From contig NZ_CP034549.1 of the NCBI RefSeq assembly GCF_003966335.1, positions 30,001 through 62,000 on the forward strand: a stretch of 32,000 bases of DNA, read 5' to 3'. The notes under the pieces were generated by a model. It made no database searches. It was not told where the DNA came from and worked only from the letters and a program-made list of their open reading frames with translations. The position numbers and the translations under genes are program-made. Below, in pieces: positions 1 to 8,327 of this stretch (within the stretch, counting starts at the first letter, position 1; every line of letters starts with the position of its first letter). Origin of the DNA: Nonlabens ponticola (lineage in GTDB: Bacteria; Bacteroidota; Bacteroidia; Flavobacteriales; Flavobacteriaceae).

Positions 1-3000
1 GATGCTACCGTTGGGTGCCACCAGTAATGGGTCGCTCACCGTGATGTTGTTGAGCGCCGTGTCTCCGGTATTGGTTACCGTAAAGTCATAGTCGATCGTC
101 TCGCCTACCTGGGCAAAGCCATCTGCGTTGGCATCGTTGAACGTACCTTCCTTGATGATCGCGATGCTGTTGTCCTGTGGAAGTGGCGTCGTCGTCGTAT
201 CATCCTCCAGGTTGCTGTCGTCATCAGATACGTCGCTCACATCGTCGCCGTCATCCGTCGTTCCAGTGGCAGTGGCCTGGTTGTTCACGAAGCCTCGGTC
301 GATGTCTGCCTGCGTGAGCGTCAACGATCCCGTGATCGTTACACTAGCGCCTGGTGCCAGATCCGCGATTGGGCTGCCCGTGATGCTACCGTTGGGTGCC
401 ACCAGTAATGGGTCGCTCACCGTGATGTTGTTGAGCGCCGTGTCTCCGGTATTGGTGACCGTAAAGTCGTAGTCGATCGTCTCGCCTACCTGGGCAAAGC
501 CATCTGCGTTGGCATCGTTGAACGTACCTTCCTTGATGATCGCGATGCTGTTGTCCTGTGGAAGTGGCGTCGTCGTCGTATCATCCTCCAGGTTGCTGTC
601 GTCATCAGATACGTCGCTCACATCGTCGCCGTCATCCGTCGTTCCCGTGGCAGTGGCCTGGTTGTTCACGAAGCCTCGGTCGATGTCTGCCTGCGTGAGC
701 GTCAACGATCCCGTGATCGTTACACTAGTACCCGGTGCCAGATCCGCGATTGGGCTGCCCGTGATGCTACCGTTGGGTGCCACCAGTAATGGGTCGCTCA
801 CCGTGATGTTGTTGAGTGCCGTGTCTCCGGTATTGGTGACCGTAAAGTCGTAGTCGATCGTCTCGCCTACCTGGGCAAAGCCATCTGCGTTGGCATCATT
901 GAACGTACCTTCCTTGATGATCGCGATGCTGTTGTCCTGTGGAAGTGGCGTCGTCGTCGTATCATCCTCCAGGTTGCTGTCGTCATCGGATACGTCGCTC
1001 ACATCGTCGCCGTCATCAGTCGTTCCAGTGGCAGTGGCCTGGTTGTTCACGAAGCCTCGGTCGATGTCTGCCTGCGTGAGCGTCAACGATCCCGTGATCG
1101 TTACACTAGCGCCTGGTGCCAGATCCGCGATTGGGCTGCCCGTGATGCTACCGTTGGGTGCCACCAGTAATGGGTCGCTCACCGTGATGTTGTTGAGCGC
1201 CGTGTCTCCGGTATTGGTGACCGTAAAGTCGTAGTCGATCGTCTCGCCTACCTGGGCAAAGCCATCTGCGTTGGCATCGTTGAACGTACCTTCCTTGATG
1301 ATCGCGATGCTGTTGTCCTGTGGAAGTGGCGTCGTCGTCGTATCATCCTCCAGGTTGCTGTCGTCATCGGATACGTCGCTCACATCGTCGCCGTCATCAG
1401 TCGTTCCCGTGGCAGTGGCCTGGTTGTTCACGAAGCCTCGGTCGATGTCTGCCTGCGTGAGCGTCAACGATCCCGTGATCGTTACACTAGTACCCGGTGC
1501 CAGATCCGCGATTGGGCTGCCCGTGATGCTACCGTTGGGTGCCACCAGTAATGGGTCGCTCACCGTGATGTTGTTGAGCGCCGTGTCTCCGGTATTGGTT
1601 ACCGTAAAGTCATAGTCGATCGTCTCGCCTACCTGGGCGAAACCATCTCTATTGGCGTCGTTGAACGTACCTTCCTTGATGATCGCGATGCTGTTGTCCT
1701 GTGGAAGTGGCGTCGTCGTCGTATCATCCTCCAGGTTGCTGTCGTCATCGGATACGTCGCTCACATCGTCGCCGTCATCAGTCGTTCCAGTGGCAGTGGC
1801 CTGGTTGTTCACGAAGCCTCGGTCGATGTCCGCCTGCGTGAGCGTCAACGATCCCGTGATCGTTACACTAGTACCCGGTGCCAGATCCGCGATTGGGCTG
1901 CCCGTGATGCTACCGTTGGGTGCCACCAGTAATGGGTCGCTCACCGTGATGTTGTTGAGCGCCGTGTCTCCGGTATTGGTTACCGTAAAGTCATAGTCGA
2001 TCGTCTCGCCTACCTGGGCAAAGCCATCTGCGTTGGCATCGTTGAACGTACCTTCCTTGATGATCGCGATGCTGTTGTCCTGTGGAAGTGGCGTCGTCGT
2101 CGTATCATCCTCCAGGTTGCTGTCGTCATCAGATACGTCGCTCACATCGTCGCCGTCATCCGTCGTTCCAGTGGCAGTGGCCTGGTTGTTCACGAAGCCT
2201 CGGTCGATGTCTGCCTGCGTGAGCGTCAACGATCCCGTGATCGTTACACTAGCGCCTGGTGCCAGATCCGCGATTGGGCTGCCCGTGATGCTACCGTTGG
2301 GTGCCACCAGTAATGGGTCGCTCACCGTGATGTTGTTGAGCGCCGTGTCTCCGGTATTGGTGACCGTAAAGTCGTAGTCGATCGTCTCGCCTACCTGGGC
2401 AAAGCCATCTGCGTTGGCATCGTTGAACGTACCTTCCTTGATGATCGCGATGCTGTTGTCCTGTGGAAGTGGCGTCGTCGTCGTATCATCCTCCAGGTTG
2501 CTGTCGTCATCAGATACGTCGCTCACATCGTCGCCGTCATCCGTCGTTCCCGTGGCAGTGGCCTGGTTGTTCACGAAGCCTCGGTCGATGTCTGCCTGCG
2601 TGAGCGTCAACGATCCCGTGATCGTTACACTAGTACCCGGTGCCAGATCCGCGATTGGGCTGCCCGTGATGCTACCGTTGGGTGCCACCAGTAATGGGTC
2701 GCTCACCGTGATGTTGTTGAGCGCCGTGTCTCCGGTATTGGTGACCGTAAAGTCGTAGTCGATCGTCTCGCCTACCTGGGCAAAGCCATCTGCGTTGGCA
2801 TCGTTGAACGTACCTTCCTTGATGATCGCGATGCTGTTGTCCTGTGGAAGTGGCGTCGTCGTCGTATCATCCTCCAGGTTGCTGTCGTCATCGGATACGT
2901 CGCTCACATCGTCGCCGTCATCAGTCGTTCCCGTGGCAGTGGCCTGGTTGTTCACGAAGCCTCGGTCGATGTCTGCCTGCGTGAGCGTCAACGATCCCGT

Positions 3001-4434
3001 GATCGTTACACTAGCGCCTGGTGCCAGATCCGCGATTGGGCTGCCCGTGATGCTACCGTTGGGTGCCACCAGTAATGGGTCGCTCACCGTGATGTTGTTG
3101 AGTGCCGTGTCTCCGGTATTGGTGACCGTAAAGTCGTAGTCGATCGTCTCGCCTACCTGGGCAAAGCCATCTGCGTTGGCATCGTTGAACGTACCTTCCT
3201 TGATGATCGCGATGCTGTTGTCCTGTGGAAGTGGCGTCGTCGTCGTATCATCCTCCAGGTTGCTGTCGTCATCAGATACGTCGCTCACATCGTCGCCGTC
3301 ATCCGTCGTTCCCGTGGCAGTGGCCTGGTTGTTCACGAAGCCTCGGTCGATGTCTGCCTGCGTGAGCGTCAACGATCCCGTGATCGTTACACTAGTACCC
3401 GGTGCCAGATCCGCGATTGGGCTGCCCGTGATGCTACCGTTGGGTGCCACCAGTAATGGGTCGCTCACCGTGATGTTGTTGAGCGCCGTGTCTCCGGTAT
3501 TGGTGACCGTAAAGTCGTAGTCGATCGTCTCGCCTACCTGGGCAAAGCCATCTGCGTTGGCATCGTTGAACGTACCTTCCTTGATGATCGCGATGCTGTT
3601 GTCCTGTGGAAGTGGCGTCGTCGTCGTATCATCCTCCAGGTTGCTGTCGTCATCGGATACGTCGCTCACATCGTCGCCGTCATCAGTCGTTCCCGTGGCA
3701 GTGGCCTGGTTGTTCACGAAGCCTCGGTCGATGTCTGCCTGCGTGAGCGTCAACGATCCCGTGATCGTTACACTAGCGCCTGGTGCCAGATCCGCGATTG
3801 GGCTGCCCGTGATGCTACCGTTGGGTGCCACCAGTAATGGGTCGCTCACCGTGATGTTGTTGAGTGCCGTGTCTCCGGTATTGGTGACCGTAAAGTCGTA
3901 GTCGATCGTCTCGCCTACCTGGGCAAAGCCATCTGCGTTGGCATCGTTGAACGTACCTTCCTTGATGATCGCGATGCTGTTGTCCTGTGGAAGTGGCGTC
4001 GTCGTCGTATCATCCTCCAGGTTGCTGTCGTCATCGGATACGTCGCTCACATCGTCGCCGTCATCAGTCGTTCCCGTGGCAGTGGCCTGGTTGTTCACGA
4101 AGCCTCGGTCGATGTCTGCCTGCGTGAGCGTCAACGATCCCGTGATCGTTACACTAGCGCCTGGTGCCAGATCCGCGATTGGGCTGCCCGTGATGCTACC
4201 GTTGGGTGCCACCAGTAATGGGTCGCTCACCGTGATGTTGTTGAGCGCCGTGTCTCCGGTATTGGTGACCGTAAAGTCGTAGTCGATCGTCTCGCCTACC
4301 TGGGCAAAGCCATCTGCGTTGGCATCGTTGAACGTACCTTCCTTGATGATCGCGATGCTGTTGTCCTGTGGAAGTGGCGTCGTCGTCGTATCATCCTCCA
4401 GGTTGCTGTCGTCATCAGATACGTCGCTCACATC
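1..4434 (-). repeat. 381-bp (127-codon) in-frame tandem repeat array, ~11.6 near-identical units in the window; the array continues past position 1
   Basis: The antisense ORFs in the track start at 128, 509, 890 ... 3938, exactly 381 nt apart. Units differ at only about a dozen positions. The last unit breaks off at 4434/4435 (gctcacatc|gtcgcc in the array versus gctcacatc|tggacc). Each unit encodes an acidic linker (DVSDVSDDDSNLEDDTTTTPLPQDN) plus one DUF11-like beta-sandwich repeat. Confidence 0.97.
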
Positions 4435-6837
4435 TGGACCACTAGGTGGTGTACCTGTAGCTGTAGCTTGATTATTTATGAATCCTCGATCAATGTCCTC
4501 TTGAGTAAGAGTTAAGGAACCTGTGCGAGTTCTTACTGCACCTACAGGTAGATTTGCAATGTTACCTCCATTGATCTGGCCATTGGGAGCAACAAGTAAT
4601 GGGTCTGTAATTCTAACATTAGTCAAATCACGATTCCCTGTATTTTCTATCGTAAAGGTGTATGTTATTTCTTCACCAACTTGTGCAAATCCGTCTCCAT
4701 TAGCATCATTTAATATACCTTCCTTAATGATGGCGATATCGTCATTTCGCGTAAGCGGAGTTATTGTAATATCATCTGGATTACCATTTCCATTTGTATC
4801 AACATTTGTATCGTCATCTGGGTCATCAGATAAATCTGAGACGTCGTCACCATTTGAATTGATACCAGCACCAGTGATCTGATTACGGACCTCACCAGCA
4901 TTAAGATCATCTTGTGTAATCGTATGACGTGAAGTGGTTGTGATCGATTGACCTACATTGAGATTCCCAATGAAATTCCTATCTAATGTGCCGTTGTCAT
5001 CAGTTAAATTAATATTACGCAGTACCGTGTTACCAGTATTAGTAATCACAACGTCATACGTAATCACATCGCCTACCGAGTCGTATGTACCATCTCTATC
5101 ATCCTTGGTAATTGATAGGATACTACCCACGCTGAGAAGTGCTGCATTACTTACCTCACGCGCACAAGCATAAGATGAGCTTGTAACAACTACCCTGTAT
5201 AGATTTCCATTAAATGATTCTGGCGCATCCGTAACTGTGAGTGTATTAGAAAAAACACCACTATAACGAGCATTGTTATTCAAATTTGTAAAATTACCTC
5301 CATTAGTGCTTACCTGCCATCTATAAACTGGATTGCTGCCAGTAGCGGAAACGGAAAACTGTACACTATTATCGTCAGGAGTTACGGCGGTGGTAGCATC
5401 TGGCTGATCTGTAATATTGATGTCAGTTCCTGCTTCTAGAAAGTCTGGCGTTCCATTATTATTTCCATCTCGAGGTGTAGAATATCCATTACCACTTGTT
5501 ACCAAACCATCTTCATCGACGGTAGGCGGAACTTGATTTCCTAATTGACCATCGCCATCATTGTCAATAAAACCTGCCTCAATTACATCTGGACATCCAT
5601 CATCATCTGCATCGCGATCGATTCTATTAGGCAGTCCTGTACCATCTGTATTAGCCGTATCGCCACCTTCATCAACATCTGTAATACCATCATTGTCATC
5701 ATCAAGGTCAACTGAGTCTGCTAGACCATCCTGATCGAAATCGGGTCCATCAACAAAATCATTACCAACTCTTGATGCCTCACGTACAACGACTGTTATC
5801 TCATTATCATTAGCTCCATCCGTATCAGACACTGATGCTATATCGAATCCTGTAGGCACGTCAGTTTGTAGATCGATTTCTCTAATGGTAAATACTTGTT
5901 CATTAGTCCCATCTCTAACTACGGTGAATTGGTAATCTCCATTTGCATCAGTAGTTGTGGCTTCAATGAAATTACCGCCTTCATCATACAGCTCTACTCT
6001 TACACCTGAAATTCCTGAACCGCTATCTCTCAATACCGTTCCACATATTAGTGGGTTTGAGACAAATGTTTGGACTGGTTGTTGAAATTCTGCCCTTTCA
6101 AGAACTAGAGCGTAAAAACGATTTGACTGAGTTCCATTACCTACTTTACCAACGCGGTAAGTAAAAGTATTTCTACTCTCATAATAATTACTAAAGGTGT
6201 AGCGAGGATCTTGATCAATAGGCTCTACGGGCGCGGATCGTCCATCAATATTCTGTCCTCTAATGATAGTACCATTAGCACCCGTGCGGTCTATATCAAT
6301 TTCAGTCACTGCAGATACAGTATAAGCATCTGTCAAGGAAAGCTCTGCAAATTCACGTATGCTATTGGCTCCATTCCCGCCGCCACCATCTATGTCAAAT
6401 GGTGACGCGTAAAAACACACATTCTGACTAGGTGTATTAGTTCCAGCATTAACCAGCCTGATAGTAAATAATGCGTTTATATTACCAGAATTATTTGCAG
6501 AAATACGTGGCTGAAAAGCCCTAGGCAAACCTGAATCTGAAACATCAATATCTAAAAGCGTCGTACGATTAAGTTCTGTGATTTCAACTAAGATATCGAT
6601 AGCAGGATTGCTTGCAGTGGCTCCTGCAGCGTTAGGAAACCTATACACTGTACCCACGGCGAGCGGTGCACCACCATTATCAATTACAGGATCAGAATCA
6701 AAAGACACTATATCAAAACAGTTCTCTCTCAAGCAAGATCGCGACTGAGCTATCGCTGTCAGTGAAAAACAGCTGACGAGAAAAAATAGTAATAATGATC
6801 TAGTAGGAAAATTGTTTACTAAAGTAGAGTTGTTCAT
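1..6837 (-). CDS. Giant repetitive cell-surface (adhesin-like) protein, N-terminal 2279 codons; the C-terminus lies beyond position 1
   Basis: I checked the minus-strand frame (codons at 3n+1..3n+3) line by line across 4441-6837, through one full repeat unit, and at every variant site. No tta/cta/tca occurs in register from the ATG at 6837-6835 down to position 1. The N-terminus MNNSTLVNNFPTRSLLLFFLVSCFSLTAIAQS looks like a signal peptide. It is followed by ~250 aa of unknown fold and a Cna-B/SdrD-B-like segment (CGTVLRDSGSGISGVRVELYDEGGNFIEATTTDANGDYQFTV). Next come Asp-rich thrombospondin-type-3-like Ca-binding repeats (DQDGLADSVDLDDDNDGITDVDEG; DRDADDDGCPDVIEAGFIDNDGDGQ) and an Ig-like module (VQFSVSATGSNPVYRWQVSTNGG...YRVVVTSSSYAC). 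The rest is DUF11-type repeats (GETIDYDFTVTNTGDTALNNITVSDPLL). It is absent from the ORF track only because it is open at the window edge. Confidence 0.88.
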   Translation of the reverse strand, partial: MNNSTLVNNFPTRSLLLFFLVSCFSLTAIAQSRSCLRENCFDIVSFDSDPVIDNGGAPLAVGTVYRFPNAAGATASNPAIDILVEITELNRTTLLDIDVSDSGLPRAFQPRISANNSGNINALFTIRLVNAGTNTPSQNVCFYASPFDIDGGGGNGANSIREFAELSLTDAYTVSAVTEIDIDRTGANGTIIRGQNIDGRSAPVEPIDQDPRYTFSNYYESRNTFTYRVGKVGNGTQSNRFYALVLERAEFQQPVQTFVSNPLICGTVLRDSGSGISGVRVELYDEGGNFIEATTTDANGDYQFTVVRDGTNEQVFTIREIDLQTDVPTGFDIASVSDTDGANDNEITVVVREASRVGNDFVDGPDFDQDGLADSVDLDDDNDGITDVDEGGDTANTDGTGLPNRIDRDADDDGCPDVIEAGFIDNDGDGQLGNQVPPTVDEDGLVTSGNGYSTPRDGNNNGTPDFLEAGTDINITDQPDATTAVTPDDNSVQFSVSATGSNPVYRWQVSTNGGNFTNLNNNARYSGVFSNTLTVTDAPESFNGNLYRVVVTSSSYACAREVSNAALLSVGSILSITKDDRDGTYDSVGDVITYDVVITNTGNTVLRNINLTDDNGTLDRNFIGNLNVGQSITTTSRHTITQDDLNAGEVRNQITGAGINSNGDDVSDLSDDPDDDTNVDTNGNGNPDDITITPLTRNDDIAIIKEGILNDANGDGFAQVGEEITYTFTIENTGNRDLTNVRITDPLLVAPNGQINGGNIANLPVGAVRTRTGSLTLTQEDIDRGFINNQATATGTPPSGPDVSDVSDDDSNLEDDTTTTPLPQDNSIAIIKEGTFNDANADGFAQVGETIDYDFTVTNTGDTALNNITVSDPLLVAPNGSITGSPIADLAPGASVTITGSLTLTQADIDRGFVNNQATATGTTDDGDDVSDVSDDDSNLEDDTTTTPLPQDNSIAIIKEGTFNDANADGFAQVGETIDYDFTVTNTGDTALNNITVSDPLLVAPNGSITGSPIADLAPGASVTITGSLTLTQADIDRGFVNNQATATGTTDDGDDVSDVSDDDSNLEDDTTTTPLPQDNSIAIIKEGTFNDANADGFAQVGETIDYDFTVTNTGDTALNNITVSDPLLVAPNGSITGSPIADLAPGTSVTITGSLTLTQADIDRGFVNNQATATGTTDDGDDVSDVSDDDSNLEDDTTTTPLPQDNSIAIIKEGTFNDANADGFAQVGETIDYDFTVTNTGDTALNNITVSDPLLVAPNGSITGSPIADLAPGASVTITGSLTLTQADIDRGFVNNQATATGTTDDGDDVSDVSDDDSNLEDDTTTTPLPQDNSIAIIKEGTFNDANADGFAQVGETIDYDFTVTNTGDTALNNITVSDPLLVAPNGSITGSPIADLAPGTSVTITGSLTLTQADIDRGFVNNQATATGTTDDGDDVSDVSDDDSNLEDDTTTTPLPQDNSIAIIKEGTFNDANADGFAQVGETIDYDFTVTNTGDTALNNITVSDPLLVAPNGSITGSPIADLAPGASVTITGSLTLTQADIDRGFVNNQATATGTTDDGDDVSDVSDDDSNLEDDTTTTPLPQDNSIAIIKEGTFNDANADGFAQVGETIDYDFTVTNTGDTALNNITVSDPLLVAPNGSITGSPIADLAPGTSVTITGSLTLTQADIDRGFVNNQATATGTTDDGDDVSDVSDDDSNLEDDTTTTPLPQDNSIAIIKEGTFNDANRDGFAQVGETIDYDFTVTNTGDTALNNITVSDPLLVAPNGSITGSPIADLAPGTSVTITGSLTLTQADIDRGFVNNQATATGTTDDGDDVSDVSDDDSNLEDDTTTTPLPQDNSIAIIKEGTFNDANADGFAQVGETIDYDFTVTNTGDTALNNITVSDPLLVAPNGSITGSPIADLAPGASVTITGSLTLTQADIDRGFVNNQATATGTTDDGDDVSDVSDDDSNLEDDTTTTPLPQDNSIAIIKEGTFNDANADGFAQVGETIDYDFTVTNTGDTALNNITVSDPLLVAPNGSITGSPIADLAPGTSVTITGSLTLTQADIDRGFVNNQATATGTTDDGDDVSDVSDDDSNLEDDTTTTPLPQDNSIAIIKEGTFNDANADGFAQVGETIDYDFTVTNTGDTALNNITVSDPLLVAPNGSITGSPIADLAPGASVTITGSLTLTQADIDRGFVNNQATATGTTDDGDDVSDVSDDDSNLEDDTTTTPLPQDNSIAIIKEGTFNDANADGFAQVGETIDYDFTVTNTGDTALNNITVSDPLLVAPNGSI
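4435..5130 (-). repeat. Two diverged, AT-rich paralogues of the same DUF11-type unit (ancestral-looking copies)
   Basis: The unit next to the array (...IAIIKEGILNDANGDGFAQVGEEITYTFTIENTGNRDLTNVRITDPLLVAPNGQINGG...GSLTLTQEDIDRGFINNQATATGT) matches the array unit at 68 of 96 core residues by my count, but uses AT-rich codons. The next unit (GDVITYDVVITNTGNTVLRNINLTDDNG...HTITQDDLNAGEVRNQ) is more diverged. The boundaries are approximate. Confidence 0.6.
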
Positions 6838-7152
6838 CGACAATATTATTATGATAATAAGACTGACTAGAAAGGGACAACTTTCCTACAAAGCAAAACA
6901 CGAAGCAGAAACTGAGCCCCTAACCTCAGTCATCTACATTCTTAAAATTATTAGAATGTCTTGCAAAAGTAAACGTTTCGCGCTGTCCCACAAATACTTT
7001 CGGCTGGGACGCATAATAGTCGTTTAAAAGATGCTAGCGATCTTTATTGTTAACATTTGTTCAGTTAACACAGGTTGCATTTAGATTTTATTTTAGCATG
7101 TCTCCATAGATAAAACCTTTAATCCATAAAAAAAGCCATTCAACTTATATAC

Positions 7153-7173
7153 TTAGCTTTCACGAAAGCGTAA
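7153..7173. repeat. Degenerate copy of the 22-nt palindrome TTACGCTTTCGCGAAAGCGTAA (one deletion, one substitution)
   Basis: The sequence is ttaGCTTTCaCGAAAGCgtaa, in the intergenic region between the adhesin gene and the tRNA. Confidence 0.7.
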
Positions 7174-7393
7174 TACGTAAAACAGCCTATCTAAAAGAGT
7201 GTGTTTTTTGCGCATAATGCCGCGACCGTAAGATTATGATTTAACCCTTAACAAAGATTAAGGCTCTCTAATAATCAGTGTATGGCCAGATAAAGTGACG
7301 CATAGAGATTAAGTGATTGATAAAAAAACAGAAGCGTAGATGTATAGGATAAAGCAAAATTATCGCGTTGAATGCTCGTCAAGTTCTAGCAAT

Positions 7394-7422
7394 AAAAAAA
7401 GCCTTTCAGTTTCCTGAAAGGC
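7394..7422 (-). terminator. Rho-independent terminator downstream of tRNA-fMet
   Basis: The minus-strand RNA reads AAGCCUUUCAG-GAAA-CUGAAAGGCUU followed by UUUUUUAUU. This is a 9-11 bp stem with a GNRA tetraloop and a U tract. Confidence 0.75.
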
Positions 7423-7430
7423 TTGCTTAG

Positions 7431-7503
<73 letters not shown>

Positions 7504-7645
7504 ATATGGACGGCAAATATACAACTATTTCTAGATGCACAAAGCATGGATCACTAAATATTCTCGTCCTAGCGTTAAACATGTCTCAAATGACAGGTTA
7601 TTAAGATTTTGCAATCTCTTTCATTTTATCTTCAAACAAAAAATC

Positions 7646-8098
7646 ATGGATACGCAAGAAAAATTAAATGCCTTATTAGAAAAGACCTATGATGCACAAC
7701 GAGGTTATGCCAATGCAGCTGAAATGGCAAAAGATCCCAATGTCAAAAACTGGTTAGCACATCAGGGCGCGCGTCGTACCGAATATGCAGCCGCTATTAC
7801 AGGCGAGATGAAAGGTATGAATAAAGAACCAGAGCTGGACGGCAGCATGACCGGTGACTTACACCGCAGCTGGACTAATATTAAAGCGGCGTTGAGCAGT
7901 GAAAAGGATGAGATTGTTCTTGAAGAATGCATACGAGGCGAGAAAGCCGCGGTTGAGGAATATGAGGATGTATTAAATGATGCCTCTCACCTGCCACCAA
8001 CGGTAGTAAGTATCCTACAGGCGCAAAAGGATGAAATATCTGCAACGATTAATTCAATCAAGCGCATAGAAGATATCGTTGAAAATTCAAATGACTAA
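7646..8098 (+). CDS. PA2169/DUF2383-family four-helix-bundle (ferritin-like) protein, 150 aa
   Basis: This is the track ORF 7535..8098. I place the start at the internal ATG 7646 (MDTQEKLNALLEKTYDAQRGYANAAEMAKD...), because the upstream 37 codons are basic, low-complexity sequence running toward the divergent tRNA. The pattern YDAxxGYxxAAE...RRTEYAAAI...EECIRGEKAAVEEYE resembles the TIGR02284/PF09537 family. Confidence 0.6.
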   Translation: MDTQEKLNALLEKTYDAQRGYANAAEMAKDPNVKNWLAHQGARRTEYAAAITGEMKGMNKEPELDGSMTGDLHRSWTNIKAALSSEKDEIVLEECIRGEKAAVEEYEDVLNDASHLPPTVVSILQAQKDEISATINSIKRIEDIVENSND

Positions 8099-8123
8099 AT
8101 CACATCATTGAAATGTCAAAACA

Positions 8124-8149
8124 AAACCAGACTCGCGTCTGGTTTTTTT
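8124..8149. terminator. Bidirectional rho-independent terminator between convergent genes
   Basis: The sequence is aaaaccagac-tcgc-gtctggtttt, a 10-bp stem. A T tract follows on the + strand and TTTTGTTTT follows on the minus strand. Confidence 0.75.
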
Positions 8150-8327
8150 ATTGACCTATTTCTCTAGCCTCAAAACTTACCAACTCGCCATCTTCAAAAG
8201 CTACTGATAACTCAATTGGATTGCAACAGACCTCACAATCTTCTACATAGGTCTGACTATACGCTGGATCCAGCAACATAGATATTTGCTGCCAGCAGTG
8301 TGGGCAAGAGAAAAAGTGCTCAATCAT
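8148..8327 (-). CDS. CPXCG-motif cysteine-rich small protein (59 aa), not in the ORF track
   Basis: My manual translation is MIEHFFSCPHCWQQISMLLDPAYSQTYVEDCEVCCNPIELSVAFEDGELVSFEAREIGQ*. The two Cys pairs (CPHC ... CEVCC) and YVEDCxVCCxPI match the CPXCG family (PF14255) as I remember it. Its ATG (8327-8325) overlaps the TGA of the upstream OMF gene (8326-8324) as ATGA. Confidence 0.75.
   Translation of the reverse strand: MIEHFFSCPHCWQQISMLLDPAYSQTYVEDCEVCCNPIELSVAFEDGELVSFEAREIGQ

Noticed and set aside
128-4282. Eleven identical-looking 114-aa + strand ORFs (MASLNVPSLMIAMLLSCGSG...), one per 381-bp unit
   Set aside because: They are antisense shadows of the repeat units. Each is closed by a stop every 381 nt, has a Ser/Val/Leu-rich low-complexity composition, and has no family resemblance. 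The minus strand carries one continuous ORF with recognisable DUF11 repeats and a signal peptide at its start.
1-4434. The regular periodic array could be mistaken for a CRISPR or another non-coding repeat locus
   Set aside because: The period is 381 nt with no unique spacers, the units are contiguous, and the whole array is one open reading frame in phase (381 = 3 x 127).
4523-6405. The + strand ORFs 4523-4882, 4958-5173 and 6211-6405
   Set aside because: They are antisense to the verified minus-strand adhesin ORF, with no motifs and an implausible composition.
6812-7027. A 71-aa + strand ORF overlapping the adhesin start codon
   Set aside because: It begins inside the adhesin signal-peptide codons on the opposite strand and runs through AT-rich leader DNA. 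It has no recognisable features.
7535-7645. An upstream extension of the PA2169-like ORF (start at 7535)
   Set aside because: The extension (MHKAWITKYSRPSVKHVSNDRLLRFCNLFHFIFKQKI) begins ~30 nt from the divergently oriented tRNA gene and looks like translated promoter DNA. The family-like sequence starts at Met38.
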